Positions 22,241 to 34,674 of a stretch of DNA of 64,000 nt are shown here, piece by piece. The DNA lies in the NCBI RefSeq assembly GCF_009834535.1, contig NC_045696.1, forward strand, positions 102,550,001 through 102,614,000, read 5' to 3'. The number at the start of each line of letters is the position of its first letter. Position 1 is the first letter of the stretch. Under the pieces are notes generated by a model. It had not been told where the DNA came from, ran no database searches, and saw nothing but the letters and a program-made list of their open reading frames with translations. The translations under genes and the position numbers were made by a program. The stretch comes from Camelus ferus. Its lineage: Eukaryota.

Positions 22241-25200
22241 AGCAGCCATTCTGGTATTTAAATGAGTGGAAACATCTATAATAAATAACTTAGGGTCACG
22301 CAGGTAGGGGGCTGGTTTATCACTCCTTTTTTCTGTTTCATAAGATTATCAGGTGGCTAGTAGAGGCTTCATCTGGCACAGCTGCTAGCACACATATTAA
22401 TAAGAAAAGCCTTCCTCCCCACCGTCCCTGCCCCAGGTGCGGACCAGGGCTCGCAGCTCGTGAGCAGGAGCCTTCGTGCAGAGCGAAACCTGCACAACCA
22501 CATGAGGGCCTGTTCTTGGCACAAAAATAAGTAAAGTAATACTGACACGTTTCCAAAACTCGTCCATCACTCTCAGCTTCTGTATTTACCAAAAACAACA
22601 GAAATAGCTCCCTCACTTGCATTAAATAGAAAGAAAAAGAGATTACGGCCGCACTTAATTACAGAAGCAATACACTGTACATCGGTTGCTTTTCTGGGCC
22701 CCTTCCTGAGTCTCATGGTGCTCGTTGCCACGAACAAAAGCAAATTCCATTCCGGGCAGCATTACCTCCATTCTTGTAACTTACAGGCAGGTTATTACGC
22801 AGAAACACAGCAATTTTCCACAGATGACCTTCGTGCTTATGTGTGTCATTTCTATGGTGCATCGGTGAACAAGGGAGAATGTACAATTTCACGCATACAT
22901 TGTTTTGGCAGTCACAAGATAGAAAATCCAATCGGTGAAAAATTTCAGAGGAGGAAAAGGGGTCTCAACCTAGATTGTTTCATTCTGCATCTCCTCAGTC
23001 TGTGGTTGGTCCTCCCCACACTCATCATCTATTTCAGCATCTGAGTTCTGAATTCCCAAAGTTTGATGTCAATTCTTTATACTTTGGCTCAGATCTTGCC
23101 TTGTTACATGCCGAAAAGTTGGATGCAATTTTGGCTCAAAATGTAACGTCTCATTAATTTTCAGATCATAATGCTTTGTCCTTCTCCAGATTTCTCTTTA
23201 CTCAGTCACAACATAACATGTGGTTTGACTTACTTCAAAGGAACAACCTTTCTGCTTAAGCACAGATTCTGCCACATCCATTTCGAGAGCACAGAATGTT
23301 TTGTTGATTTGTTGAATTGTTTTCTTTTCCTTTTTCTTGTTAACTGTCTATTTTTATGCAAGATTTCATTGTTAGGACGCAACACATTATGCAGAAAAGT
23401 TTCTCCTGCAAATCCATGCTCCACTTACAGTTTCGGGAGACAATCTGCTTTTGAATACCCCAGGTCAAATTCCAATCCAATAAATACCTAAACTCCTAGC
23501 CTTCGTATGAAAATATATCATTCTTTTCCTCTCCAGCCAATGCCTCATTTCTCTTTATTTCAGGATTTAATTGACTTGAAATTCCAATGCAACGTCAAGA
23601 AATTAAGGATGTATTGTACTAACATATCTGTTTTGATTTTTATAACAAATACCTGGGTTCATCTAGGTGTATTTTTCCATTACCATTTTAGTGATGGTTA
23701 TCTTGTTTCTTTCTCCCCCAAATCTCCTCTGCCCAGAGCGTGGGCGGCTGGTGGGCTTTAGACCTCCTGTTTCGGGCCATCGCTTTCTGCTCATCATGGA
23801 GAACCAACGTCCAGCCATCGCCACCGCCTAGACTCTGCCCAGAGAATGAAGACTTGATGGACAGCATCATAACCCGTGGCATTGCTTCTGACTGCGGGCA
23901 AAGTGGAACTAACAGTCACTGATGGCAGAAGGAAGCCCTCTCCCTCGGGTGAAATTAATTCTTCTCACTTAATATGCATGGCACTGCTCTGGAAGCTTCT
24001 GGATCGCTGGCCTGTTGAATTCTGTCTATAATGATGTGGAAGCCACAGCACCTTCCCCTATTTGCAGCATTTTTGCCGGTGTCACCACATCAGAGCCCTT
24101 GGGGGTCCATCTCTCAAGTTTTGCCCTTCTGCTCAGTGTGCTATGTTGGAGAAGAGCCTGAGAGAGATGGTGCCATCTGGTATGTTTTGGCTGAATGGCA
24201 TTGTTTCTGCAAACAGCTGGATTTGTCCAACCATATTGGCCATCAGCTTGTGTGTTTACAGCCCTTGTGAAACTCCCATGTCACTCAGGCAGGCAACTGT
24301 TTACTTATGTTCTGAAGGAAACCCTCGGAAATATGTGCTCAGTCGCTGCAGATGTGCCCACAGCTTGCCCACAGTCCCAGCCTGGGTCAGCAGTCTTTTG
24401 CATCCTTTTAAATAACCCACTCAGAATATCCCCTAACAGATTATTATCCATCTGGTAGTTCAAGTCAAAGTGCTGAATATGCACTATGTGCTTTGGGGGT
24501 TCACATTTAATCTAATCCCATGGTTCCTCTTGATTCAGAAAGCCTTTATTCACCTACAAGTCTCCCCACATCACCAGTTCTTGCTGTCAGTAGAAGATAC
24601 ACAGTGTCATCTCTTTGCACAATCATGGTTCACTTTCAAAGCAATTTACAGATGCTCACCCTGGCAACCTCCCACCAGAGAAGGGTAGAAATTCCAAGAA
24701 GACAGGAAATGAAGCACTAATTTTGCCCATGAATAGCTAGGTCCAGTAGAATTTTAGCATCCTTATTTCATGGTGTCCTCCAAGGACCACTGGATGCCTA
24801 GCCCTGCACTAGGTTTATAGAGAAAGCATGAAATGACGACTCAAAAAAGAAGATCTTCTGTCTCCACCTTCCCACATCCAAGCATTCTCCTCCCAATCTC
24901 TCCCACAAAAACACCGCCAGATGGGTAGCAAATATGTGTCTAAGCTTCATGGGCAATGTGAGAGATACATACACGTACTGAAACTGATCTTGTCCAGGGT
25001 TGCAGTGCAGAGCCCAGGAAAGGGGAAACCACCCAGGGGAATTACAAGTCTGTGATCACCAGAGGGATGCTGACTCTGTGCTCAGAGGGTTCTGACCTCC
25101 AGCTCTGTATCTGTTCTCTAGATTCACAGCCCCTCTCAAATTGTGCTCCAAGGACTTTCTCAAAGTGGCATTTAAACACTCTCCTCTCCTGACCCACTGA

Positions 25201-27401
25201 ATCATTATCTCCAAGGGTGGGGTCCTAGAGAAGCCCTCTAGCCGATTCAGATGCACACTTAAACTGGGGGACCCCTGTCAACTGCAGTGCATGCCTTGAC
25301 CCTCAGGTTTTCAGTCATTTCCCCATTTTGCAAGGCTCCTGGCTCCAATCCCCATCTATAGACACGCTGAAAAGCTTCCTCCAGGAAGGTTTCCGTGATT
25401 ACTACGGGAAGAAGAACAACCAATGTCCAGAGTTCTTTCTGTCTGTAGCTGATGTTTGAACCACTGAGTTAGCTGTGCAGAGTTGTGTATGTGTGTCTGT
25501 CTTCTCCTTGGGCAGTTTTCCAAACCTCATTCATTCCTCCTTCATTTTTACTCCTTCTTCTCATGTACGGATACCACTTGTTTTATTGCTTATTTAACAT
25601 TCTCTTTTATCTGATTCACTGTTCAAGACCTAACCCATGTTTATTTTAAATAGAAATTGTGTATCACCACCATAAATGGAAAACCATTATCATTTTTTTA
25701 CAAATGAAAAGTAACCAAAAAAAAACATAACAAAAAACAAAAGGAAGTTATTAAATTCTAGTTAGATTATAGCCTGTAAAAGGCTTAAACATGCTCTCTC
25801 TTTGTTTTGGGGTTTTCTTTTGTTTGTTTTGTCCTATTTTTAAAGGAGGAGATGTTTAGCAAGTATTAAAAACAGTTAAAGACAAACCAGCCCCAGACTG
25901 AAACTGAAAATTATTCCTTATTCTTCTGAAAACAATCTGACATACCATGAGTGGTAGGGTTCCTAGTCTTTAAGAAACACTGCCCTAGGAACTGAAAGTT
26001 TCTCAAAGACTATCTTATGGGAAATGTAACAGTTGAAAAGTAGATGTATTGCCATTTAAGAAACCAGTCAGAACATTTTATAATACTGTCCCATACATCT
26101 TTAAAATGGCTTAAGGACTTAGAACAAGTGCTTTGCATATGGAGTGCACTGAACAAATATTTGTTGAGTGAACGAATGAAGGAATGTACAAACATCTTAG
26201 CTGTAAAATTGATTTTGCAACTTTCTTCAGTTTAACTGCTCCATTAACCTTTAGTGGTTCAGTTCAGTGTCTCCGTGGTACAATACAAATTCTACTCTGT
26301 GAATTCCTTCCCCTTTGTGGCGAGTTCCAGTTACACAATTCAAGCAGACAGCACCCGATTTGCATGTGATTTGATTACGGTCAGAATGCTCATTAACGGA
26401 GGCAGAAGTGGTGTTGTTTGTTTGCTTGTTTAGTACACTTTCCATCTTGTATGCCAAATCACCCCATTCATTATTGTTAGGTCATGAAAGACACGGTTTA
26501 TGGGAGCCACTGGTTGGCTTTTACGTGCGGGTCTTGGTTTAGGATTGTGTGTCTAATTTTAACCCTCCAGTCACTAGCTTCTCTGTGGCTGAGGGTTTGT
26601 GTTTATGCCTGGGCAGCCAAAAGCAGTTTCACTCAACCTGTAGCTCTAGCTCCAGCTCACTGAACAACTTCTTCATGCTATTTCCTTATTAACTTAACAG
26701 TAAATATTTCCATTCCAGGCTCATGAGCATTGCAAAAGATGCTAGCAACTCTGTGCATCCAAAATCTGATAATTCCATTGAAATGCTTCTGTGAACCATA
26801 TCCATACATACAATTTGCTTTTGTTGTTAAGCTTTATAGTTAAGAAAGAGCTTTTAAAGACACTCATTTGCTTTTGAGAGCATCTAGGCCTTCTTTTCAG
26901 AACAGTATATAATCAATTATTTTCAAACATCAAAGCCACGTGGGAACCACACATGCGGTTCTGATGATCAGGAAAAACACATTCTGCTTGCCGTTACACT
27001 TGGCATTTTTATTCATGCAGAAGATTCATATATTTAGCACATATTTTTGAGCAGCTACTGGAGGCATGAGGTCAACACTGTATCACCACCTAATTAAATC
27101 ACAAAACATATAAATAGTCCTCTTCCATGCTCCATCTTGTTCTGACCTGATTCTGGGGGTTCACACTGGTATCACCTTTTCCAGAGTGCCTTTTGGGGAT
27201 GATATATCGAAATCTTAAAAATGTGCCACTCAGGAGATACGGCTTCCACTAATGATCAGCTTGGTTATTCAGATCAGCACACCCACTAACTACAAAATGT
27301 GGCAGTTATATAGTGCTGAGGACCAAGAAAAACCAAGCAAACCTCAAAGGAGAACAAGCAGAAGGCATGCTGTGGCAGATACAAGGCCTGGTAAGGCTCT
27401 T

Positions 27402-27590
27402 GGAGGGTAGAGCTCAGTGGTAGAGTGCGTGCTTAGCATGCACAAGGTCCTGGGTTCGATCCCCAGCACCTCCATTAAAATAAATAAATAAACCTAATTA
27501 CCTCCCCACCGCCCCCCAAAATAAACAAAAATAGCAATAAAAAATACTTTTAAAAAACCCTGTAAGTGTTCCCCCTTTAAAAAAGAAAAA
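27402..27590 (+). mobile_element. tRNA-Ala-derived SINE (camelid Vic-1-like)
   Basis: tRNA-Ala(AGC)-like head followed by the tail AAATAAATAAACCTAATTACCTCCCC; degenerate TSD AAGGCCTGGTAAGGCTCTT/AAGACTTGGTATAAAGCTCTT. Confidence 0.88.
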
Positions 27591-27619
27591 AGACTTGGTA
27601 TAAAGCTCTTGTTATTCAG

Positions 27620-28935
27620 ATAGGGTGACAGAAGTGCAGGGACAGAAAAATGGACCATGGACTAGAAGAGACCAGGCAGATCCATCCCAGACTCATGCAT
27701 ATCTGGACCTGAACTGTGACAAAGTTGCCACTGCCAAAGGGTAGGACAGAGACAGTCTCTCAATAAATGTTGCTTGGACAATTGAATGTCCGTATGGAAA
27801 AATGACACTGAACACCTATACCTAAAACTCAGTGCCAGCTAAGTTACAAGCCTCAATGTGAAAGGTAGAACATTAATGCCTTTAGTGTAATATAGAAAAC
27901 TTAGTGATCGCAATAGAGAAAAAAATTGTAAATGTACAAAAGCACTAACCATGAAGGGAAAAAATATGCCTTTACATTAAAAAATAAGAGCTTCTGTTCA
28001 TCAAAAAAAATAGCATAAAGAAAATGGAAATACAAACCATGGAACAGGAGAAGATATTGCAACACATGTAAATGTCAAAGGACTTCAGTCCACATTGTAC
28101 GAAGAACTCCCATAGCTTAGTAAGAAAAAGGCAGGTATCCTAATAAAAAAAACTGCAAAAGACTTGAATAGGCTCTTCGCGAAGAAATAGGTTGAAATTG
28201 TCCATATACACAAGATGGTGCTGAATCTTATTAGTAATCAGGGAGATGCAATTAAAGACCACGAAAAGATATTACTACACACCACCAAATTGCTGAAAAC
28301 ATAATATCTGGCAGCACCAACTGCTGGTGAGGGTGTGAACTTTCATTTGCTGCTGGTGAGAATCGTAAATTACTGCTAATTTGGAAAAAATGTTTTGATA
28401 TTATCCAATAAACTTGAAAAAGTTCATACCCTATGACTTAGCAGTGCCACTCATAGGGGATGTTTGCTAGAGAATCTCTGGAGAAGAGACAGACCAGAAT
28501 CCTCAAAACAACGTTGTTTATAACATCTAAAAATATCCAAATAGATCAATAAATTGTACAGTCAAAGAATGGAATATGAAATGAAAAGAAATGAAGTAGA
28601 GTCTAAACAAAAACATGAATCTTACAGACACCATTGAGTCAAAAAGAAGCAAGACATGAAATACGACCTCATTCCTATGAAGTTCAAGAACAGGCAAAAT
28701 TCCACTGTTCTTTTGATGTATAGGGTGACAATATTACGTTTTTTTAGAATCAAGGAAATGCTTTCCACAAAAGCCAGTTAGTGGTTACCTGTGCGGAGGA
28801 GAAGGCAAATGGTGACTGAGAAGGCGTTTGGGGGTGTTTACAGGGGACCCCGGTACTCTCATTATTATATTTTTTAACTTAGATGGTGGTAGTTGAGTGT
28901 TTGTCTTTATCAGTATTCATTATAACGTATATTTT
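27620..28935 (+). mobile_element. Old L1M (L1ME-like) 3' portion
   Basis: Degenerate ORF2 end and 3'UTR motifs, e.g. TTAGTAATCAGGGAGATGCAATTAAAGACCAC. Confidence 0.7.
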
Positions 28936-30309
28936 TATGTACTTTTCTTATAAGATGAAAGGAAATAAAAGGGGAAAGAAGGAAGGCAAGAAGGGAGGGA
29001 GGGAAAAATGAGAGAGAGACGGGAGGCAGAAAGACCCCAGCTGCTGGACAGAAGGCAGGCTTGTGACCTGTTTCGATGCATATAAGACAGTCCTCTCAGG
29101 CATGGCAGAGCAAGGTGGAGGGAGCACAGTCCCTGATTGACCACATGGAGCCCAGCTGGCCCCTAGTCTCCCAGCCCACCAGCCTGGGCCACCACCTCGG
29201 AGAAATAGATGTCCATCCGCTTAAAGCCACTATATTTTGCAGTGTCTTTGGGAGAGCAGCACTGCCTTTTACCATAACTAATACAGTTGTCTACACCTCA
29301 AATCAGGAGATTTCAGATAAAAATTCAGATTTCTGTTGAAAAATCTGAAGATCTGGTGACACTGGAACTGTATGCTCGTAAGATAATGTTCCAGAGCCGA
29401 GTGCTGGCTGTCCCCTCAGAAGGGCCATGTGATGAGCAGCTCCCCAGAGCCCCCACCTGGTCCCTTTCATCTGTTCATGGTACCTGCCGAGCCTCTGAGA
29501 AACTGGCCACCCCAGCATCAGATGCACTGTTATCAATCGGTTCTTCTGATACAAAGATTTCATTTGCTTCCCACTGCCAGCAAGATTTTGCCCAACCCTC
29601 TTAGCCCAGCATGGGAGGCGCTGCATTCTTACCCCAACCGTGTTACCCTCCAGTCCTGCACTCTCAGAGCCCCACTTTCACCCCCAGGCTCGTGCTGGTG
29701 GCCCTTCCCAGCCCGGGCCCCCAGCCTCTCCTCTCTGCTCAGGCAACCCCGCCCCTGGAGGGCTCCTCAGTGCCCATCACCTCGTCATGCTCTAAACTGC
29801 TAAGACACAAATCAATTGTCTGTGCTTCTCAAAAGAGCACAGAATTTCAGAGCTAGAAAAAAAAAAACCATAATGAAGGGAACAGAGAAATGTAATGAGA
29901 GAATTTGAAATCACAAAACTAGTCAATGGTCAATTTCTGAAAGGGAAAACCTGGACTCCCCAACACCTAGCCCTTTTGACTCCATCTGATTCATTAACTT
30001 CTCCAAGCCAGAGTTTTATAAACATTTTTTTAAATCACAAAACACAGTAGGAAACCAACTTTACATTACAACCCTGTACAAACACACACCTCCCCACTCG
30101 TTTGCACGTGTGCACAATTCACAAAACATGAGATGCACTCTGATCTTTTCTAGTCTATTCTATTTTTTTAATACTGTCCTTAACCCCTAATTATTTTCAT
30201 GACCCATACATTGTTTACAACCCCCACAATCTGAAAAACGTTCTGCTCTGTGATTCCGGTTTGTCTGGTCAGGGGGCAAGGAGCTCTGCAGTCCTGGATT
30301 AGCCATTTT

Positions 30310-30475
30310 GGAAGCTCTGAGACTTGGGGAAATTGCCTGACCTCTTTAAGTCTCAGTGTTCTGATCTGTAATATGGGATAATAATGTTTACTAGGTTGTT
30401 GTAAGGACTCAAGATAATGTGTGTAAGGATTTTTATCCCAGTGCCTCGTACACAACACATGGTCAATAAACAGAG
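30310..30475. mobile_element. MIR
   Basis: ACTTGGGGAAATTGCCTGACCTCTTTAAGTCTCAGTGTTCTGATCTGTAATATGGGATAAT. Other MIR remnants at ~160-290, 21600-21735, 31090-31190 and 55770-55900. Confidence 0.7.
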
Positions 30476-30933
30476 CCTTTGTTGTCAGTTTTTCTTTAAT
30501 ATTTTTGTGTTACATTCCTCAACTGCATGACAATTTTCTTTAGAATGTCACGGCCCCCAGAAAGCAGCTTTGCACCTGCCAGGTTCTCAGTGTTTACATT
30601 GGGGACAGTGTCCTGTCATCTCCTGGATTCCTGCCCTGAGGTCCCAACTTCAGGAATCAGCTGGTAGAGTCTAAGTGGAAATCGGGGGGGGGGGGGAAAT
30701 GTGGGAAGAAGGGAGGAGAGGAGGCGGAGTGTTCCCTCCTCTGATGCCTGACCACCAGCCACCCAGCCTCCTGAACACAGATTTAGAGGCTGTCAGAACT
30801 ACAAAGTATCTTCAAGGTGATCAGAATAAAACTCCTCATGTGGGGCCCAAAGGGAACATGCCCTGGTAGCAACAGCTGGAGGGATGGGACAGAAGTGTGG
30901 TACTCAATTTGGGGGAGGGGAGCTTTTAAAAAT

Positions 30934-31054
30934 GACACACGCACATGCACAAGGACACACACACACATGCACAAGGACACACCCACATGCACAAGGACAC
31001 ACACACATGCACAAGGATGCACCCACATGCACACATGCACACACACACACACAC
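30934..31054. repeat. Minisatellite of ~20-bp unit ACACATGCACAAGGACACAC x4 grading into (CA)n
   Basis: Directly visible. Confidence 0.9.
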
Positions 31055-32759
31055 TGAGTTGTCTGGTGAGAGTAATAGTATAACATGGTGCAATAGCCCC
31101 ATTTTACAGTTGAGGAAGCTAAAGTCCACAAGGTAACTGGCCAAAGGTCACCAGCTCACCCAGATCTGGGCCAGGAACAGAGTTCTTTTCTCAACCAACA
31201 CCTTTCCCCCTGAGCAACTGCTAGCTGCACGCTTCCAAATCTCCCTGAGATTCCCTCTCTGCCTCTCTTCCCTGGATACAGCCGGGGACCACATTGGTTT
31301 TGAAAAGTCCTGGCCATTTCATCTTCTGTTCCCATTTTTTATAAGCAACAAGGCTGGTTTGGGTTAATTTTTGTTTTTTAAATCTCTGAGGAAAGTAACA
31401 TTGAAGACGTGTGATATGGAGGTGTAACCATCATACTGGCCTCTTCAGAAACAGCCCCAAAGCTTCAACCATGGAAACGTCTCCATTGGTGATCTCTGAA
31501 GACACTGCCGTGGACCACGGAAAACCCAGCTCCCTTCCCATCCTCACATTTGCCTCATTTGATTCTGGAAATCAGAAGATAAGCACTGAACCATTAAAAT
31601 ATTATAGAGTCACTAACAAAGGAGAAACCAAGTGAGTTTATTGGCAGCCTGCACTGCTGGCTCGGTCACCCAGCCTGGGGAAATGCCGAACGTTTAGGCC
31701 ATAAAGGACGGGCCAGGCCCAGTCCACTCTGTCTTCAAAATGCAGGAATTTCTCATAGACAAGAGGCTGAACAACAGTTCGAGCTCTAAATTTCTAAGCT
31801 TTTGTCAGTTTAAGTTAGTACTTTAATGCAATTTTAATAGGCAGTGATTTTATTTTGTATCTAATGAAATCAACAGAGCATGGAAATAGACATCAGAATT
31901 CGGAAGATAATGAGTCTGTTAGCTCTGCTGCCAGCGTTGCTGAGCGAGGTATGGTACTTAAGGTACAAAGAATAGACTGCTTCAGAGGAGGCTTTTATTA
32001 GCTTCATTAGGGTGGACATCAAATGAATGATTTCATAGCAGATCTAATTAACCAAAGAATGTGCGGAGGCTGCATCTTCTTCCTGCTAATTGGGCATCTA
32101 GACGCCAGGCATGTTTGCTACCTTAGAAATTTAGCCTACAGATAAACTGGAGAGTGCTTTGTGGAAAGTGTTCCAAGCCAGCGGGGGAGGATTTTATAGC
32201 AGAATTTTGAACAAGATAAAAACTTTCCAACCCTTTGGCTCCTGACAGTGGACCAAGGACACTGGTCTATCTCACCCTCTTCCCCAGACACCAGGAAAGG
32301 TGGTATCAGCAGACTGAAGTTTGAGGAATCCCCGGGAAATGGTTTGACTGTGGGACAAAGAGCAGAGAAAAAGGCAGAGCCAGAGAGTAGACGTAAGTGG
32401 AGGGTAAGGGTCAGCCAAAGGGAACTCTGGGGAAGCTCCAGGTTCTGCCAGAGACAAAGGGCTGTCCTGGGGCGAGTCATCAGATTGCACTGAGGGTGGT
32501 CAGGGCTCTGGGCAGTGACCACTGAAACGGAGCCAGGGAGAGCCGACCACAGCAAAGCACTCCACCCCAGAACGACCACCTACTGCTGGCCGGCACGGCT
32601 CTCCCACGGCCACCTGCCCGGCTTGACTTGTCAACTCACCTATCAGGTTGTCCATGTGCCCCACCCACATATATGAAAGCACGAGGCTCCTGTTTCAGGA
32701 AAACTCAGATCAACACGTCTGCAAAGCTAACTCATATGGGCGAGTGGGAGCTGTGGGAC

Positions 32760-34185
32760 ATGGTCAATCAGAAAAAAAAGAAGAGAGATCAATTAAATAC
32801 ATGATCATCAATATAAAAAAAAAGTAGAAGGATGGTGGGAAAGACTGAAGAACAAGTCATTGATTTTAAAGGCAAGTCAAAATCTCCCAGAGTATACAGA
32901 ATAAAAAGGCAAAGAAATAGAAAACATGACAGAAAAGCAGAGAACGAGAATATTCAGGCAGTTTGATGTGTATCTAATAGTAATTCCAGTACAGTCATTC
33001 CGGAAGAGAAGAAATAATCAAAATGATAATAAAAGAAGATGCCCTGAACTGAAGAAAGCAGGGTTTTTCAGATCGAAAGGCCTCACGAAGTCTCCAACAA
33101 GATTAAAGAGAAAGACCCTCATCTGGAGACATGCTGCTGTTTCCAGACGCCAAGGACAAAGAAAAAATCCTAAAAGTTTCTAGAAAAAAAAATTCATATT
33201 ACCAAAAAGGAACAAAAATCAGGCTTCTTTTAAGCAACACTGAATTCTAAAAGACAATCATGAAATATATTTCATAGTCTAAGGAAAAATTATTTTCTAC
33301 AGAGAATTTTACGCCCTGGCAAACTGAGTCAAATATAGAGTAAAATTAAAATATTTCTAGTCTAATAAGTACCAAAAGATTTACCACGCACATACTTCAT
33401 ATGAAAGAACAAGCAAAATTAAACGAAACAAAATAAATCTACATTGCGTAGTAAGATCGGCCACTGAATATGAGTTCAGAGAAGTGAAGGAAACTAGGAG
33501 AGCTTAAGGGGAAATCCATTCAGATGAGATGCTTGGAAAACTCTTCGATGAGCAAAGATTTTTAAAAGAAGGATTGTATTTTCTACTACGTGACTCAAAT
33601 CAGAGTTGACTCTACAATGACCAGCACCTAATGACATGATTGTAAATGCTGGTTAATAGACCTTCATGCTTTAGAATTAAGCTAAAGGGAAAATGGAAAC
33701 TTTACTTATAGTTCCATGAACAGAGTGGAGTTGTGGCAAAGCATGACACTGATATAACAAACATAAACTGGGAGGTGGAGAGAGAAGTGGACAGAGAGTT
33801 AGAAGACAAGATGGGAGGATTGGCTGCAGGACTCTCTCAGCTGTTGGAGGCACCACTAAAAGATTCGGGCAGAATTACAAACAACAGGCAGCTGGGGTGG
33901 AGAGCGGGAAGGGGACAGATGTATGAGTGAGCTAAAGGCTTCTTTCTTCATAGAGGGGAGTTAAAAGATAGTAAGTCAAGAAGCAGAGGTATAAGCATAT
34001 TACATAAAGTTATGGTAGTCAGTGCCCCAAGATCTTACGGCAGAAACTATTCACAGTGGTTACCTCTGGGGAAAGACCCTGGTAGTTGAGGTAGGAGGTA
34101 TTTAATTTCCTTTTTCACTCTTCTGTATGTTTGAAATGTATTATTTTACCATAGGCATATGTTTTTATGGAATCTTTAAAATAAA
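32760..34185 (+). mobile_element. Old L1M ORF1/3' fragments
   Basis: A-rich degenerate ORF1 (AGAAAAAATCCTAAAAGTTTCTAGA...AGAATTTTACGCCCTGGCAAACT) and an L1ME-like tail. Confidence 0.6.
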
Positions 34186-34354
34186 AGATGAATCATCACA
34201 TTGATAACCTCTCGTCTTCACCAAAGTGTTTCAAAAGCAGTTAATAGGAACACACTGAACAGAACAGTTTGATGGCCTTCACCAGATTTCAAAATTCACT
34301 TTCCTCTAAAGAACTTTGTTTAGCTGGATGTTAGAGATCTCTGTGTCTGGACTG

Positions 34355-34674
34355 ACCTTATCTGTTGCTTTAACCAAACGAATGTAGTGGAAGTAAATGT
34401 GTGCGACTTCAGAGCCTAGGCATTAAGAGATCATACAGGATCCAGACTCATCCTCTCCAAAGAGTAGGAAGCCCAGGATGAAAGGTCACGTAAAGAGGGA
34501 AGCCAGCGTCCCAGATGTCCCAGCTGAGCCCAGCCCCCGGCCGACGCACCAGCTGAGTGATGTCACCAGTGCACGGGGCAAGGCCAGCAAGCCCCAGCCC
34601 CGTCCGCCCACAGCACTGCACGACTTGGGGGCCACCGAGGTGCGTGTGGTTTGTTAGCAGCCATAACTGAGACA
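34355..34674 (+). mobile_element. MLT1-type LTR fragment
   Basis: GAATGTAGTGGAAGT...CCCAGCTGAGCCCAGCC...GGTTTGTTAGCAGCCATAACTGAGACA. Confidence 0.55.

Noticed and set aside
27402..27474. Apparent tRNA-Ala(AGC) gene
   Set aside because: It continues into the SINE tail and is flanked by a TSD; it is one of five diverged copies, so a SINE head rather than a tRNA gene.
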